This document shows, piece by piece, positions 12,400-24,208 of a stretch of DNA of 64,000 nt. The position numbers were made by a program, and so were the translations under genes. The stretch comes from Eledone cirrhosa (Eukaryota). Positions within the stretch are counted from its first letter, which is position 1; the number at the start of each line of letters is the position of its first letter. Below the pieces are notes generated by a model. It was not told the origin of the DNA, searched no databases, and was given only the letters and a program-made list of their open reading frames with translations. Location: NCBI GenBank assembly GCA_964016885.1, contig OZ024742.1:264802001-264866000 (forward strand), written 5' to 3'.

Positions 12400-13392
12400 C
12401 AAACCTCTCTCTTTCTCTACCACCACCACCACCACAACAACAACAACATGTACAGTTGACACCACTGTTACTGCTGACATCACAACCAATTACCACCCAT
12501 ACTCACCCATATATCCACTTAAATTGGAAATGTTCAATAATGTCTTTAGTTAATCACAAACAACAGAACATGATTGTAGCTGAATAACAGGCTTGACAAG
12601 TACTGCTACCCTCATCTCCCATACACACACATCTTTCTCTGTCCTTCTCTTCAACTAACTCTACCTCCACTGATACCACCACCACTATTACTACTGCAAC
12701 TACTACCTTTATCATTACTGCTACCACCACCACCACTGACAACAACAACACCAACATTAACACCACAGCTTCTATCACTATATACCAACATCCAACATCA
12801 TCACTGCACACCACCACTGCCACCCTCCCTTCACCCCATTCCTACACCACCTACATTAACAATTAAAATACACCATTCATCTCAATGCCAACACCATCAC
12901 CTGCACCAATACATAATCACCATTGTAAATATATTACAATCACCATTACCAATACCCAAAACAGCAACAATATTAACATCACTATCACAATCCCCAGCAC
13001 TACCACAATACCCCTAATCGCCCCCAACACCACAACCACCACCACTGCTGCCACCAACACCACTACCATCACAACTACTGCCATCACCACAATCAGCACC
13101 ACAACCACCACCACAACCTCAACCACCTCCACAACCACTACCACCAACACTACCACCACCAAAACCACCACCATAACCACCAAAACCACCACCATAACCA
13201 CCAACACTACCACCACCAAAACCACCACCATAACCACCAAAACCACCACCATAACCACCAACACCACCACCACCATAACCACCACCACCACCACCACCAC
13301 CACAACCACCAGCACCACCACCACCATAACCACCACCACCACCACCACCACAATCACCACCACCACCACCACCACCACCACCACCACCACCA
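12400..13392. repeat. (CAC/ACC)n-rich low-complexity tract
   Basis: Direct reading; purest between ~13020 and 13392. Confidence 0.9.
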
Positions 13393-13444
13393 GGAAAATA
13401 CTTCATCTTTTTTGTTGTTTTGTCTTATATTACCACTACTATAA

Positions 13445-13745
13445 TAGTGGTAATATTGGAGTTAGCAGTTGTGGTAGTAGTAAGAGTAGAGAAACAGGGA
13501 GAGGAGGTGGTATTGGATTCAAAAAATAAATCACTGATTGTGGTATTGGTTTCAGATAAAGATGGAAGTTGGTGATGTTGGTGATGTTGATAGTGGTGGT
13601 GTTATTAGTGGGTCTGTATTGTGTTGGTGGTGTGTTGTGTTAGTGATTTTAGTATTGGTGATGCTATTAGTGGTGGTGATTTTAGTGTTGGTGATGTTAT
13701 TAGTGGTGGTGTTTTGTGTTGGTGATTTTGGTGTTGGAAGCAGTG
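13445..13745. repeat. (GGT/GTT)n-rich low-complexity tract, complementary in composition to the upstream CAC tract
   Basis: Direct reading. Confidence 0.8.
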
Positions 13746-14269
13746 GCTGACTGGGTTTTAAAATATTGGTTGCCAGGAGGAGATAAAGAGGCCCACCCAC
13801 AACTACAATACGATCATTTAAATTTTATAATCATTAAATAAAATTTTCAAAAAATCATCTCTATTTCAGTGTATGGAATTGACCGTTAAATTGTAAAGTA
13901 AGAATCTGGATTACGGAATATATTACCAAATTGTAATTTTGTTTTTAATTTTTGGCAAAGCCAGCCATAAAATTGCTTGGTATGCAAATACAACTAATCA
14001 GCCAATGTATTCTTTAGAACATATATATTTTCAACAGCTCAAGCGAGTGGTAGAGAGATACGTAATCTTGACAAATAACCCAGAAACATGTTGACTTTCT
14101 GTATGCCCCTGCTAGAACAAATGGATGACAGCGGTCATCTAAAAACCATTGAGTAATGAGGCTGTTTGCTTGCAAGCAAATCGAATATTATTATTATTAT
14201 TCAATATACAACTCATAAATATTTTTATGTAACCAGCTATGTAAGAGCGAGAAACCAAATTCTAATTTT

Positions 14270-14314
<45 letters not shown>

Positions 14315-14565
14315 CTTATGGTGTCTCACAGGGAAAAAAGCAAGATTCGACCCTTCTCTGTCTCCATATTTCCTCTGCTGATGAAGCCAATGCAGTTTAC
14401 AACAAGTTGTAGTTGCACTAGGTCCAGACTAAATTCGATGCCCATGCCACATTACAAACATACACTTGGTAAGCACTCTGAGACAGGTTTTGTTTCTTAA
14501 AAGTTCATTCCATACTTCATTGAGTGTGTAATGTGTGCAAGCGGGATTATAGTTGATACTATAAT

Positions 14566-14710
14566 GGAGGCACATGGCTTAGTGGTTAGAGCATTGGCCT
14601 TCCAATCGAAAGGTTGTGAGTTCAATTCTCAGACCGGGTGATGTGTTGTTTCCTTGAGCAAGACACTTTATTTCACATTGTTCCAGTTTACTCAGCTGTA
14701 GAAATGAGAT
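14566..14710 (+). mobile_element. SINE family A head, fused to an inverted Penelope-like repeat
   Basis: About 3 differences from 9098-9242; stops at AAATGAGATG where the palindrome begins. Confidence 0.85.
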
Positions 14711-14975
14711 GTACAACAGTATGTCCTCATCAGACAAAATATAATGATACATGACATACCCTGAGATGTTAAATGGTTAAGATTTAATCAAGGTAGTTTA
14801 ATCTACCTTGATTAAATCTTAACCATTTAACATCTCATGTATCATTATATGTATCAGTATGTCATGTATCATTATATTTTGTCTGATGAGGACGTACTGT
14901 TGTACATCCGAAATATGTATAATAAAATGTAATTGATCAAAAGAACATCTATTTTATTAATACTTATATTTTAAT
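14708..14975. mobile_element. Penelope-like pseudo-LTR remnant arranged as a ~200-bp inverted repeat
   Basis: 14708-14759 is the reverse complement of 14857-14908 (1 mismatch); 14762-14796 pairs perfectly with 14803-14837; right arm carries a hammerhead core. Confidence 0.7.
14871..14933 (+). ncRNA. Type I hammerhead ribozyme (minimal stem III, Penelope-type)
   Basis: Stem I ATTATATTTTGT/ATAAAATGTAAT (G-U allowed); CTGATGA 14883-14889; stem II GGACGTAC-TGTT-GTACATCC; GAAA 14910-14913; short quasi-palindromic stem III; AUA triplet 14919-14921. Confidence 0.8.
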
Positions 14976-14990
14976 ATTATATATATATAT

Positions 14991-16287
14991 ATCATCATCA
15001 TCATCATCATCATCATCGTTTAACGTCCATCTTCCACGCTTGCATGGGTTTGGGCGGGAGTTTTCCGACTTGAGGCAAGAGTGGTTGACTTTCTCGCATA
15101 GGACTGTCTGGCGGGTTTTCTACGGCTGGATGCCCTTCCTAACACCAACCACGTTTACAGTGTGGACTGGGAGGTTTTTACCGTGTTACCTACACAGCCA
15201 CATTACAGCGTGGACTGTGTATTTTTTTTGTCGTGACACCTACATGACCTCATTTGTTTCGGACTGGATGTTGTGGTACCAACATAACTTTACATTGAAA
15301 GGGGTGGTGTGGATGGGGTGGGGGTAGTGGGACGGGGGTGTATTTTTGTTAGAGGTGCCTACTGACTGTAGTAGGTTTCACTTTGTACGTAGGTAAGGCG
15401 GGTCTTCTATATTACTGTGTAGTGCCAAAGATCTTGGTCCAGTGACATTGTCTTGGAGAGGTGTGTGAGTTCGGAATTTATCAAGTCGTCCCAGGTTTTT
15501 CTGGGTCTGCCTACTCCATGGCTACCATCTATTTTTATTGCCCTGCACTTTTTTATACAGCTGTCGTCTTTCATGCACATCACGTGACCATACCAACGTA
15601 TTCTTCTCTCGAGTAAACAACATCTGATCCCTCTTATTTCTAATTTTTCCCTTAGTTCATTTATGCTTTGCCGTTCACGTATATTACTATTACACATCCA
15701 GTGGAGCATGCAAGCTTCGTTCCTCTCCAGTCTGCGTATATCCTCTGCACACAATACCCAGGTCTCACTGCCATGTAACATTGCTATTCGTATGCAGGCA
15801 TCATACAGCCTGCCATTCATTTTTAGAGAGAACCCTTTAGCGGCTAATAGTGGTATAAGCTCTCTGAACTTTTTCCATCCAGTTCTGACTCTAGCTACTG
15901 TACTTTCAGACCACCCTCCACCACTGCTGATTTTGTCACCCAAGTAACGGAAGGTGTCCACTATTTCTATAGTACCATCTGTGCAATGGAATGAGCTAGT
16001 ATTCTGTGAGCACTTGCTGCTACTTATTGCACCAGAGCACCGGCCACATATAAAATCTATATTCTTAGTTAGCTTACCTGTGATCCCACTACATCTTTTA
16101 TGCATACTTTGCATTTGGGACATAAAATGGAGTTTCTACCTACTCCTTTCCTACACACTGAGCATGGCCGTTTCCCAGATGGGACCGGTGCCTTATTTTC
16201 CTTCCTACAAACTAGAACTTTAGTCTTAGACAGGTTCCTACAAACTAGAACTTTAGTCTTAGACAGGTTTCCTACAAACTAGAACTT
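14991..16287 (-). mobile_element. RTE-clade LINE 3' portion, same subfamily as 9450-11600
   Basis: ORF 15407-16123 (HKRCSGI..CGRC..FRYLGD..LHGSETW..RWYGHV); (TGA)n tail; (TA)n both sides; 33-bp tandem reiteration at the 5' junction. Confidence 0.92.
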
Positions 16288-16939
16288 ATATATATATATA
16301 TATATATACGAGAAGATAAAAAGATTTTGCTGGTGTAGGTCAAATCAAGTTCTTTTGTTTTATGTATGTATGTATGTATGTTTGTATGTATGTATGTATA
16401 TATGTATGTATGCATGCATGGATTGATTCTGGTTTTCTGAAGTATAATATATTTTGATTTCTCTTGTTTCATCAGCTGCTTTGCTTAATTGTTTTATTTA
16501 TTTATTTTTTAAAATGTTTATTATTTCTCTTGGATTTCTGATTTTTTCTTTGAAAGCAAAATGTTTGCATTGACCCCTAAAATACTATTGTGAGACCCTG
16601 AGGAGCCCACTTGCTATCGCCAGTCTGCCCCTGGTTAGAGGTGTTAGTAGTAGTGTCAATGTTAGTAATGGTGGTGTATTGTATTTGTTATGTTGGTGTT
16701 GTTAGAAATGGTGGTGTGTTGTGTTGATATTGGTAGAAGTGGTTTGTTAGTTATTTCAGTAATGTTGGTAGAGGTGGTGTGTTGGTGATGACAGTATTAG
16801 TATGGGTTTGGAGGTAGTGTTTGGGGATACCTATGTAATTTTCTGCTCGGAAAACGTTTGAACCTTTAAATTTGTCTTACTTAAAGCTCTTTGAATGGTT
16901 CTAAACAATGAAGAAATGATCTTAATGGTGATGATGAGG

Positions 16940-16940
16940 A

Positions 16941-16992
<52 letters not shown>
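16940..16992. repeat. (TAG)n microsatellite
   Basis: Direct reading. Confidence 0.95.
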
Positions 16993-17809
16993 CATAATGA
17001 AGAAGATGGTAATGATTTCTTTCATTTGCCACAAGGGTGTAATGATAGTGCTGAAGTTGATGATGATAATGATGTTGACGATTATATAAATAATAAAAAT
17101 GATCATGATAATTTTAACAATTATAATAATTATTCTTTACATACAAGTCTGCAGTTATGAAGAGATTAGTGGATTGTATAGCATTCATAAGTATTTAACC
17201 CTTTAGCATTTACATTACTCTACATATACTATTGTATTTTTGTGGTAAAGGCTTTATCTTACATAATTATCTCACATAATATCGAATCTGAGAGATTTTG
17301 ATATTATTTATTTTGAGAACAATACCTTAATGTTAGTATGAGTGGCTGGTTATGGCTGGTTTGAACAGAAAAAGGCGAAAGAATTCTGGTTAAGTATATA
17401 AAAATGAATTAACTTGCCACCAGAAAATTTAACAAACCTATAGATTTAGATTACCAAGAATATATACTTCTGATGACAAAGTCATCATCTTCAGTATACA
17501 GGAAGGCATAGATAATTGTAAAATCCACCAAAATAACAATAATGCGGAATAGCATTTAACAGTGGTTTTATTTACATTTGCTATTGATCAATAAATTGAT
17601 GTAGCTGTGACAAGTGTTACCAAACATTATAAATAGAACATGAAATATGAGACTTCAATTTCAACCGAGAAAATAATTCACAGAAATAATACGCCCAGAA
17701 AATTTGAATGTTTCAAATAAACAGAAAAGTTTGAATGTTACTGAGATGGAAATGTACCCAATATTCTATAAATCTGTTGATGTGCTGTACATATGTAGTT
17801 ATGTGCAAG

Positions 17810-18140
17810 TAGAGGCTTGGAAATGTTACGATGAAAGGTTGTAGAAATAGAAGAATGAGTGAAAGGAAGAGAAGCTACCTCCCAATAGATCCAACAGAAG
17901 GAGCTGCTGTTGAAGTTGACAGTTATTAGGTCAAAGAAACATTCAATGACATGAAAAATGGAAAAACTGGCTGGATGGTAAGATATAGTCGCTGAGATAC
18001 TGAAATCATCTGGTGAAGTAGGAGTTGAACTAGTTACCCATCTAGTCAGTCAGGTAATACATGATAGTGCCATACCTAATGACAAGGTAAAATAAGGTGA
18101 TGCTCTAGAAAGCAGCAAACAGAGATGTATTAAGTTATGA
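17810..18140 (+). mobile_element. Old RTE ORF2 fragment (linker into start of RT)
   Basis: Degenerate EAWKC..PTEGAAVEVD..MKNGK..IVAEILKSSGEVGVELV, colinear with 25750-26010 (-). Confidence 0.6.
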
Positions 18141-18549
18141 ATGTGGCATATAGGTTCCACATTGGTTCATGATAGCAAAGTTTAATCTATCACAGCTAGA
18201 TGATAGTTATACTTTCTCTGATATGTTATAGGATATCAGGAGTATATATATTTCCTAATTATATGGTTGACAGTGAATATAACAGGAGAGGATTATGTAT
18301 ACTAAATTATATAAATATGATCTCATATATAATGATATAGTGTATCTCTGAGTCAGTTAACATTGTACAAAATAAGGGCAAACTGACACATGTGAGTCAG
18401 TTTGACTCAGGAACAATTTAATATTTTGTTCTTTGTTTAAATAATTATTTTTGTGATCTGACTCGCTCAAAAATAATAAAACATTGAAATCTGATATTAT
18501 ATATATATATATATATATAATAATAGTATACAATTGTATACTAATATTG

Positions 18550-18930
18550 TATACTAATATAGTATACAATTGTAATGTTAATACTGACTCTAATTCTTTT
18601 AACTACGTCGGTTCCACATCGACGGAATTTAAACTTCGCTATAATAACCACAAGAATTCTTTCACAGATCCAAATAAAAAATCTTCAACGGCACTATCAG
18701 GTGTACTCTGGCAACTTAAGCTAGATAACGTTAGATATTCGACGGCTTGGAATATAGTCTCAAGAGGGATTCCTTTTAATTCATCCTCTGAGACATGTGA
18801 CCTCTGCGCAGAGGAGATATTCTTTATACTAAAATCTAAAAATTCCCTTAACCTACGGACAAATTTATTCAGTTGTTGCAAACATAGATTAAACTCAACG
18901 TTTAAATATAAATTTAAATTTAAAATGTAG
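18550..18930 (+). pseudogene. Penelope-like GIY-YIG endonuclease domain (truncated ORF)
   Basis: IVYNCNV..YVGSTSTEFKLRYNNHKNSF..TALS..W..CDLCAEEIFFI..LNLRTNLFSCCKHR: xVY/YVG motifs, catalytic R, E and LN, plus CxxC/CxH typical of PLE endonucleases. Confidence 0.85.
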
Positions 18931-20047
18931 TATATTTAGTTTGTTTTATATTTATATGAGAACTAGCCGATAAATCTTTTGATTCCTAAATCTTTGATTC
19001 CCTCTTTTTACTGTTTATTTTATTGTATTTATTTTTATTTTTATTTTTTATTTTTATTTTTATCTAAACATTCCTCATGAAAAATTAAGCTACCCTAAAA
19101 GCCGATGCTCCAAATTTTATGAATTAACCTTACACTTGATAAACTTATATATTAAATATAGGAACATATGTAGACATTATTGGACATCATAAACTTTTTT
19201 TTGCGATATTCCTTGCTAGATGTGATTTGATAGATAATTTTTGGCTTTGTCTTGTAGTGAACTTGGCAATATATTGTCAATTAACCTTGAAGGGTTGTTC
19301 TTTGTGGTTTATTTTTTATTTTTATTTTTATTTTTATTTTTATTTTTATTTTTATTTTTATTTTTATTTTTATTTTTATTCTTTTAGTATTGTAGTATTC
19401 TATAATATTTTTATATTTTTATTTTTTATTTTTTATTTTTTATTTTATTTTATTTTATTTTTATTTTTAATATTTTTATATGTAAAGTTTTAATACGTAA
19501 TAATTTTAAAACATAGTATTTTTAATATGCAATATTTTTATTATGTAATATTCTTTCGTAATATTCTTTTTTAGTTTTCTATTCTATATTTTTATATTTT
19601 TATATATTTTTACTTATTATCATTATTATTGTTATCTCTGCTTATAATATAATATATATTTTCGATTAGTATATTGAAATCTGCTCTCTATTTCTGCTTG
19701 ATAGATAATCTTGTAGAGTAATCGCAAGAATAATAATACGCTCAAATGTTTATACCACATTGAGAATGTTTTCCGGTAACTTTGAATTTGCGGAGTGAAT
19801 CAGTTGGATTCACATAGACATATGAATTTTTTAAAAAACTAAACATAAGATAATGAATTTTCACGCATTGTGAATACTTGTTTCATTCAGGAATACTGAT
19901 ATTTACAATATAGTGTAAGTTTTATAAATACTAATACATTAAAACATAGGGTTTTCTACGCCTCGAATATGTCTGGCTATTTTTAAATTTTTCTCTCTCT
20001 ATATCTCTCTATATCTCTCTATATCTCCCTTACATTAATACTTGAGC

Positions 20048-20082
<35 letters not shown>

Positions 20083-20439
20083 ATGCATCATTGATACACT
20101 TACTCAAAATGACCTCCCACTACCTAATTTTTCTATATCTATATTTATATATGTATCTATCTCTATTTCCTCTCTCTATATATATATATATATCTCTTTC
20201 GGTCTCTTTACATGAAGCTCTTCGCTTTATCTATTTTTCCATCTCTCTATTTTGTCCCATGCATTTCTTCTTTTTCTTCTTTTTCTTCCTTTTCTTCGTT
20301 TCGTCTTTCTTTCTTTCTTATTTCCCTCTTTTCTCTCTCTCTTTCTTTCTCTCTGTATTTTCACTGCTAGAGTGAACCTCTTCAAATGAAGTTGATGTTT
20401 ATTACGGTATGTCGAATATATTTATCTATAAAACTGTTT

Positions 20440-20516
20440 ATATTGTATTTTGTCTGATGAAGGCATAGCATATTGTTAATATGATATCCCCGAAATATAT
20501 ATAATGAAATAAATAT
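20440..20516 (+). ncRNA. Degenerate type I hammerhead ribozyme at the Penelope-like 3' end
   Basis: CTGATGA 20454-20460; imperfect stem II ending AATATGATATCCCC; GAAA 20492-20495; TATATA stem III; AUA 20501-20503; stem I ATATTGTATTTTGT/ATGAAATAAATAT. The first stem II pair is A.C, so probably impaired. Confidence 0.65.
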
Positions 20517-20549
20517 GGTTTTATAAATATAGTTTTCCATTTATTTAAT

Positions 20550-20800
<251 letters not shown>

Positions 20801-21004
20801 GAAAACCAACAGTGGTTTTTATCTCAATAGGAGAGTGCAGTGTGAGAGAAAGTATTTGAGTGTTTGTTTATTCAATAGACTTGACAACTTAAGTATTCTA
20901 TTGTTAGAAATAAATTCAGGTTTGGTTTTTGAGATATAATTATTGTTGTTGCTGTTATTAGAAAATTTCCAACACCTACCTGGCCTCTGGGAATTTTTAA
21001 GGCT

Positions 21005-21440
21005 TGCCACAATAAATTGCACCCAGCCCACTTTGTAAAGTGGTAATGCTGGTACCACAATAAAATGCATCCAGCCCACTTTGAAAAGTGGTAATGCTGG
21101 TACCACAATAAAATGCACCCAACCCACTTTGTAAAGTGGTAATGCTGGTACCACAATAAAATGCACCCAGCCCACTTCATAAAATAGTAGTGCTTGTGCC
21201 ATAATAAAAAAAAAAGCATTATCTCCACTCTGTAAGATGGTAGTGCTAGTGCCATAATAAAATACACTCAGTACACGTTGTAAAGTGGTTGGCATTAGGA
21301 AGGGCATTCAGCTGTATAAACCATGCCTAAAGTAGAACATATGGACAGGATATAGTCACCTGATCTGTTTAGCCTCAGGAAGTTACAACCCATCTAGCCT
21401 ATGCAAGCATGGAAAATAGACTTTAAATGGTGATGATGAT
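21005..21440 (+). mobile_element. RTE-type 3' UTR fragment with ~6 tandem 48-bp units
   Basis: Units start at 21007, 21055, 21103, 21151, 21199 and ~21252; followed by GTTGGCATTAGGAAGGGCAT and a GATGATGAT tail. Confidence 0.75.
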
Positions 21441-24208
21441 CTTGTCAAAGTGGCTAAAACTTTCACGTGTCACAATTTTATGAACATCTTTCTTTAATTA
21501 TAATTGTTATGTAACCGTTTTTATCTACTTTTGGAACCAATTCATTTCATTTACATCAGTAATATTCTTGAAAAATGTGTGAATTTAACTTCATCTTCCT
21601 TCAAACATTCAAGTTCCATACTTATATAAATGACTGTCATTAGAAGGAATGTAACTCTTATTACAGGACTGTGTCCAGCCAAATAACTTTTTAGATAATC
21701 AACTTATTAAAGTGTGTAGATCTGAAATATACACATACCTTTAAGCCATGTAAACATTTCTGTATCTATATTAATGCAACTGAAAAATTGATACCACTCT
21801 CATCTCATGATTGAGTGTTTGTTGTCAGGATTGACACCCAATTCTAAAACAACCCCTCCAATAACAATTTGTAACACTGTACAAAAGGCTTAAAACTATC
21901 AAAATTTTATTTGTGCTTTTTTAAAAAGTGTTTATTGTTTATAAACTTTAATCAAGACTGACTAATGTGACCGTTTCTATAAGGACCTCTTCTGGACCAT
22001 TTCAATAACAAGTAACAGGAAGGGTTGCTGAACGAGGAGAATGTGTGGGAGCATGGGGAATTAACCCCATTAATCCCAACAGAGAGTCCAGCAATTGAAG
22101 TCGATGGTTATATGACCAAAGAACTCAGTAAGGATATAAGGAAAAACAATTCATTTAAAAACACACTATAAATCTACCAGTGCTGAATGAATTGATTCAG
22201 ATCAGTAACACAGGTCATACCAAAGTTTCTAAGTTAATTCCTTATGTTGTAATTTATGGGATATACATGAACCAATAAGGAGCATGTATGATGTCATATG
22301 ACCAACTAGTATAATGGTTTAATCTCCCTTCAAACAACCCACCATAGCAGTAGCATACAGAGAGGAAGGCAGTAGGTGTGTCAACCATGGGAATCTATAT
22401 CAAGGCAAGTAGTGAGAGCATCCAATCAAAGTGTTGTACAAAGCTCTCCATTCAATGCAGCTATTGAGTACAGCACCCACTTAGATTTCTCTGTCATCTA
22501 ACCAAAATGTGTACAGAGTTTTCCACACCGATCGAAAAAATTGAGTTTTATTTGCATACAATCAAGTAGTTGGCTCTGGGTATTACCAAATCTATGCATG
22601 CCACTACATCACACTCTTAAGTATTTTCCCACAAAAACAAATAAAATATGTAATACATCTGCATAAAAATGTAGAAATTGAAAGAAGTGATCTAATTAAT
22701 GAAGCTGTTATTTAATTAATTCAATGCTAAAAGAAAGATTTGATTGAAATTTCAGGAAAGTCTGCTTTGCCAAGCTATATTTGTAACTCAGGTCACTCTA
22801 ACTTAACAGATTGGAGAGGTCATTGAGTTCATAGTAGGAACACATTTCCATCTGTCAGAAATAAAAGGGTTGTAAAATATTTCATCCTGTTCTTATAGTG
22901 TGTGCGTGCGCGTGTTTGTATGTTTGTGCGTGCGCGCGCATTATTTTTTGTGTATTAAAGTATGACACCAAATGTAAAGGCTAAGCCCATAGCTTGTAGG
23001 AGGAACTGTGATGTTTCTACGAAAACAGAGCTACACAATTATATGTAACTTTAACAAAAAGTAAAAACATGCTTTTACATATACCTTCCTCTTTTGCTCA
23101 TATAAAGACTCTCTCTTCCTCTATTTTTCTATCATTTTTCCTATCTCTAACTCTCTCTCTCTCACTTCCTTTCTCTAACACTTTTCATTACACAAACATA
23201 CACAATCTACAGAAGAACAGTGAGTGGCTAAATATACTTGCTATTGCTAGTACAATGATTTGAGCTATCTAAAAGATACTACTAGAGACTTCAGCTCTAT
23301 CCAACTGTGTCACTGGACAGAATATACCACCACTTTCCTAAATATTTCCATCCTTAAGCTACTATATTCTCACACTTTCATGTTGTTCACACATATCCCC
23401 CCCCCCCCCAAATACATGGGTGTATATATATATATATAGATCACGTATCAGATTACTTGTTAAAAATATTTTCCATATATGGTAGCAGGAAATTATTCAG
23501 CTATTCTAAAAATAAGATTAGTCTCCTGATTTTTTCATAGTAAAAATTTGTTCTTCCCACTTCACTTAAAGACATAATTAGATATTTTATTCTCCTTGCA
23601 TACATTTCACTGTAACTCAAGAGAATGGCTTCACATGTTACTGTTATGTCTTTTCATTTTTTATAGGCAATATTTGCTCATAATGTTTTTGAAATATCTA
23701 CATCTGCATCTATGGATTGATATTTTTCAGTTTCAAAAGATCCCGCTTTAGGGTGAAAGCTTAAACTTTTAATCTGTGCTAATAATAAATATTGGCTCTA
23801 CGGGGTTATATATATATATTTGTTCTTAAGGACCAATATTGTTTGTGCTAATGTCAACGACCCTGGTATATGAGTATCTCCCTTAAGAGCTTGCTTGTAG
23901 AGGTTGATAAGATACATCCAATATGTGTATGTGTGTGTGTGGGAGCAGGGTATGTATGTATGTATGTATGCATGCATAGTTGGTCAATCAATGATAAACA
24001 TTGATTGCCAGATAAATTAACTAAAGGGATATAAAATATAGAGAAGTGAAAACCAACCCAAACCAAACAGTGAGTGTGTTTTATTATATGTTTCTGGCAT
24101 TATTATAACATGAACCTCCGAAATATAACAATATTTGTTTCAACACACGATTTCATATCAAAAACCTTGCAAAACAAATTCATTGCTATCATATATATAT
24201 ATATATAT

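Noticed and set aside
12885-13529. 214-aa Thr-rich mucin-like ORF and overlapping poly-Val/poly-Gly ORFs
   Set aside because: Produced by stop-free (CAC)n repeats open in several frames; no signal peptide or splice evidence.
13960-14075. Octamer ATGCAAAT, CCAAT and TACGTAA motifs with some CpG retention as a possible promoter
   Set aside because: Short motifs with no linked exon that I could define.
17468-17500. Other CTGATGA occurrences (also ~12245, ~14377, ~28170 on - strand) as hammerheads
   Set aside because: No stem II followed by GAAA and no closing stem I.
21005-21290. Regularly spaced repeats resembling a CRISPR array (also 8710-8830)
   Set aside because: Whole 48-bp units repeat with no unique spacers, no cas genes, eukaryotic context, and the unit is part of an RTE 3' UTR.
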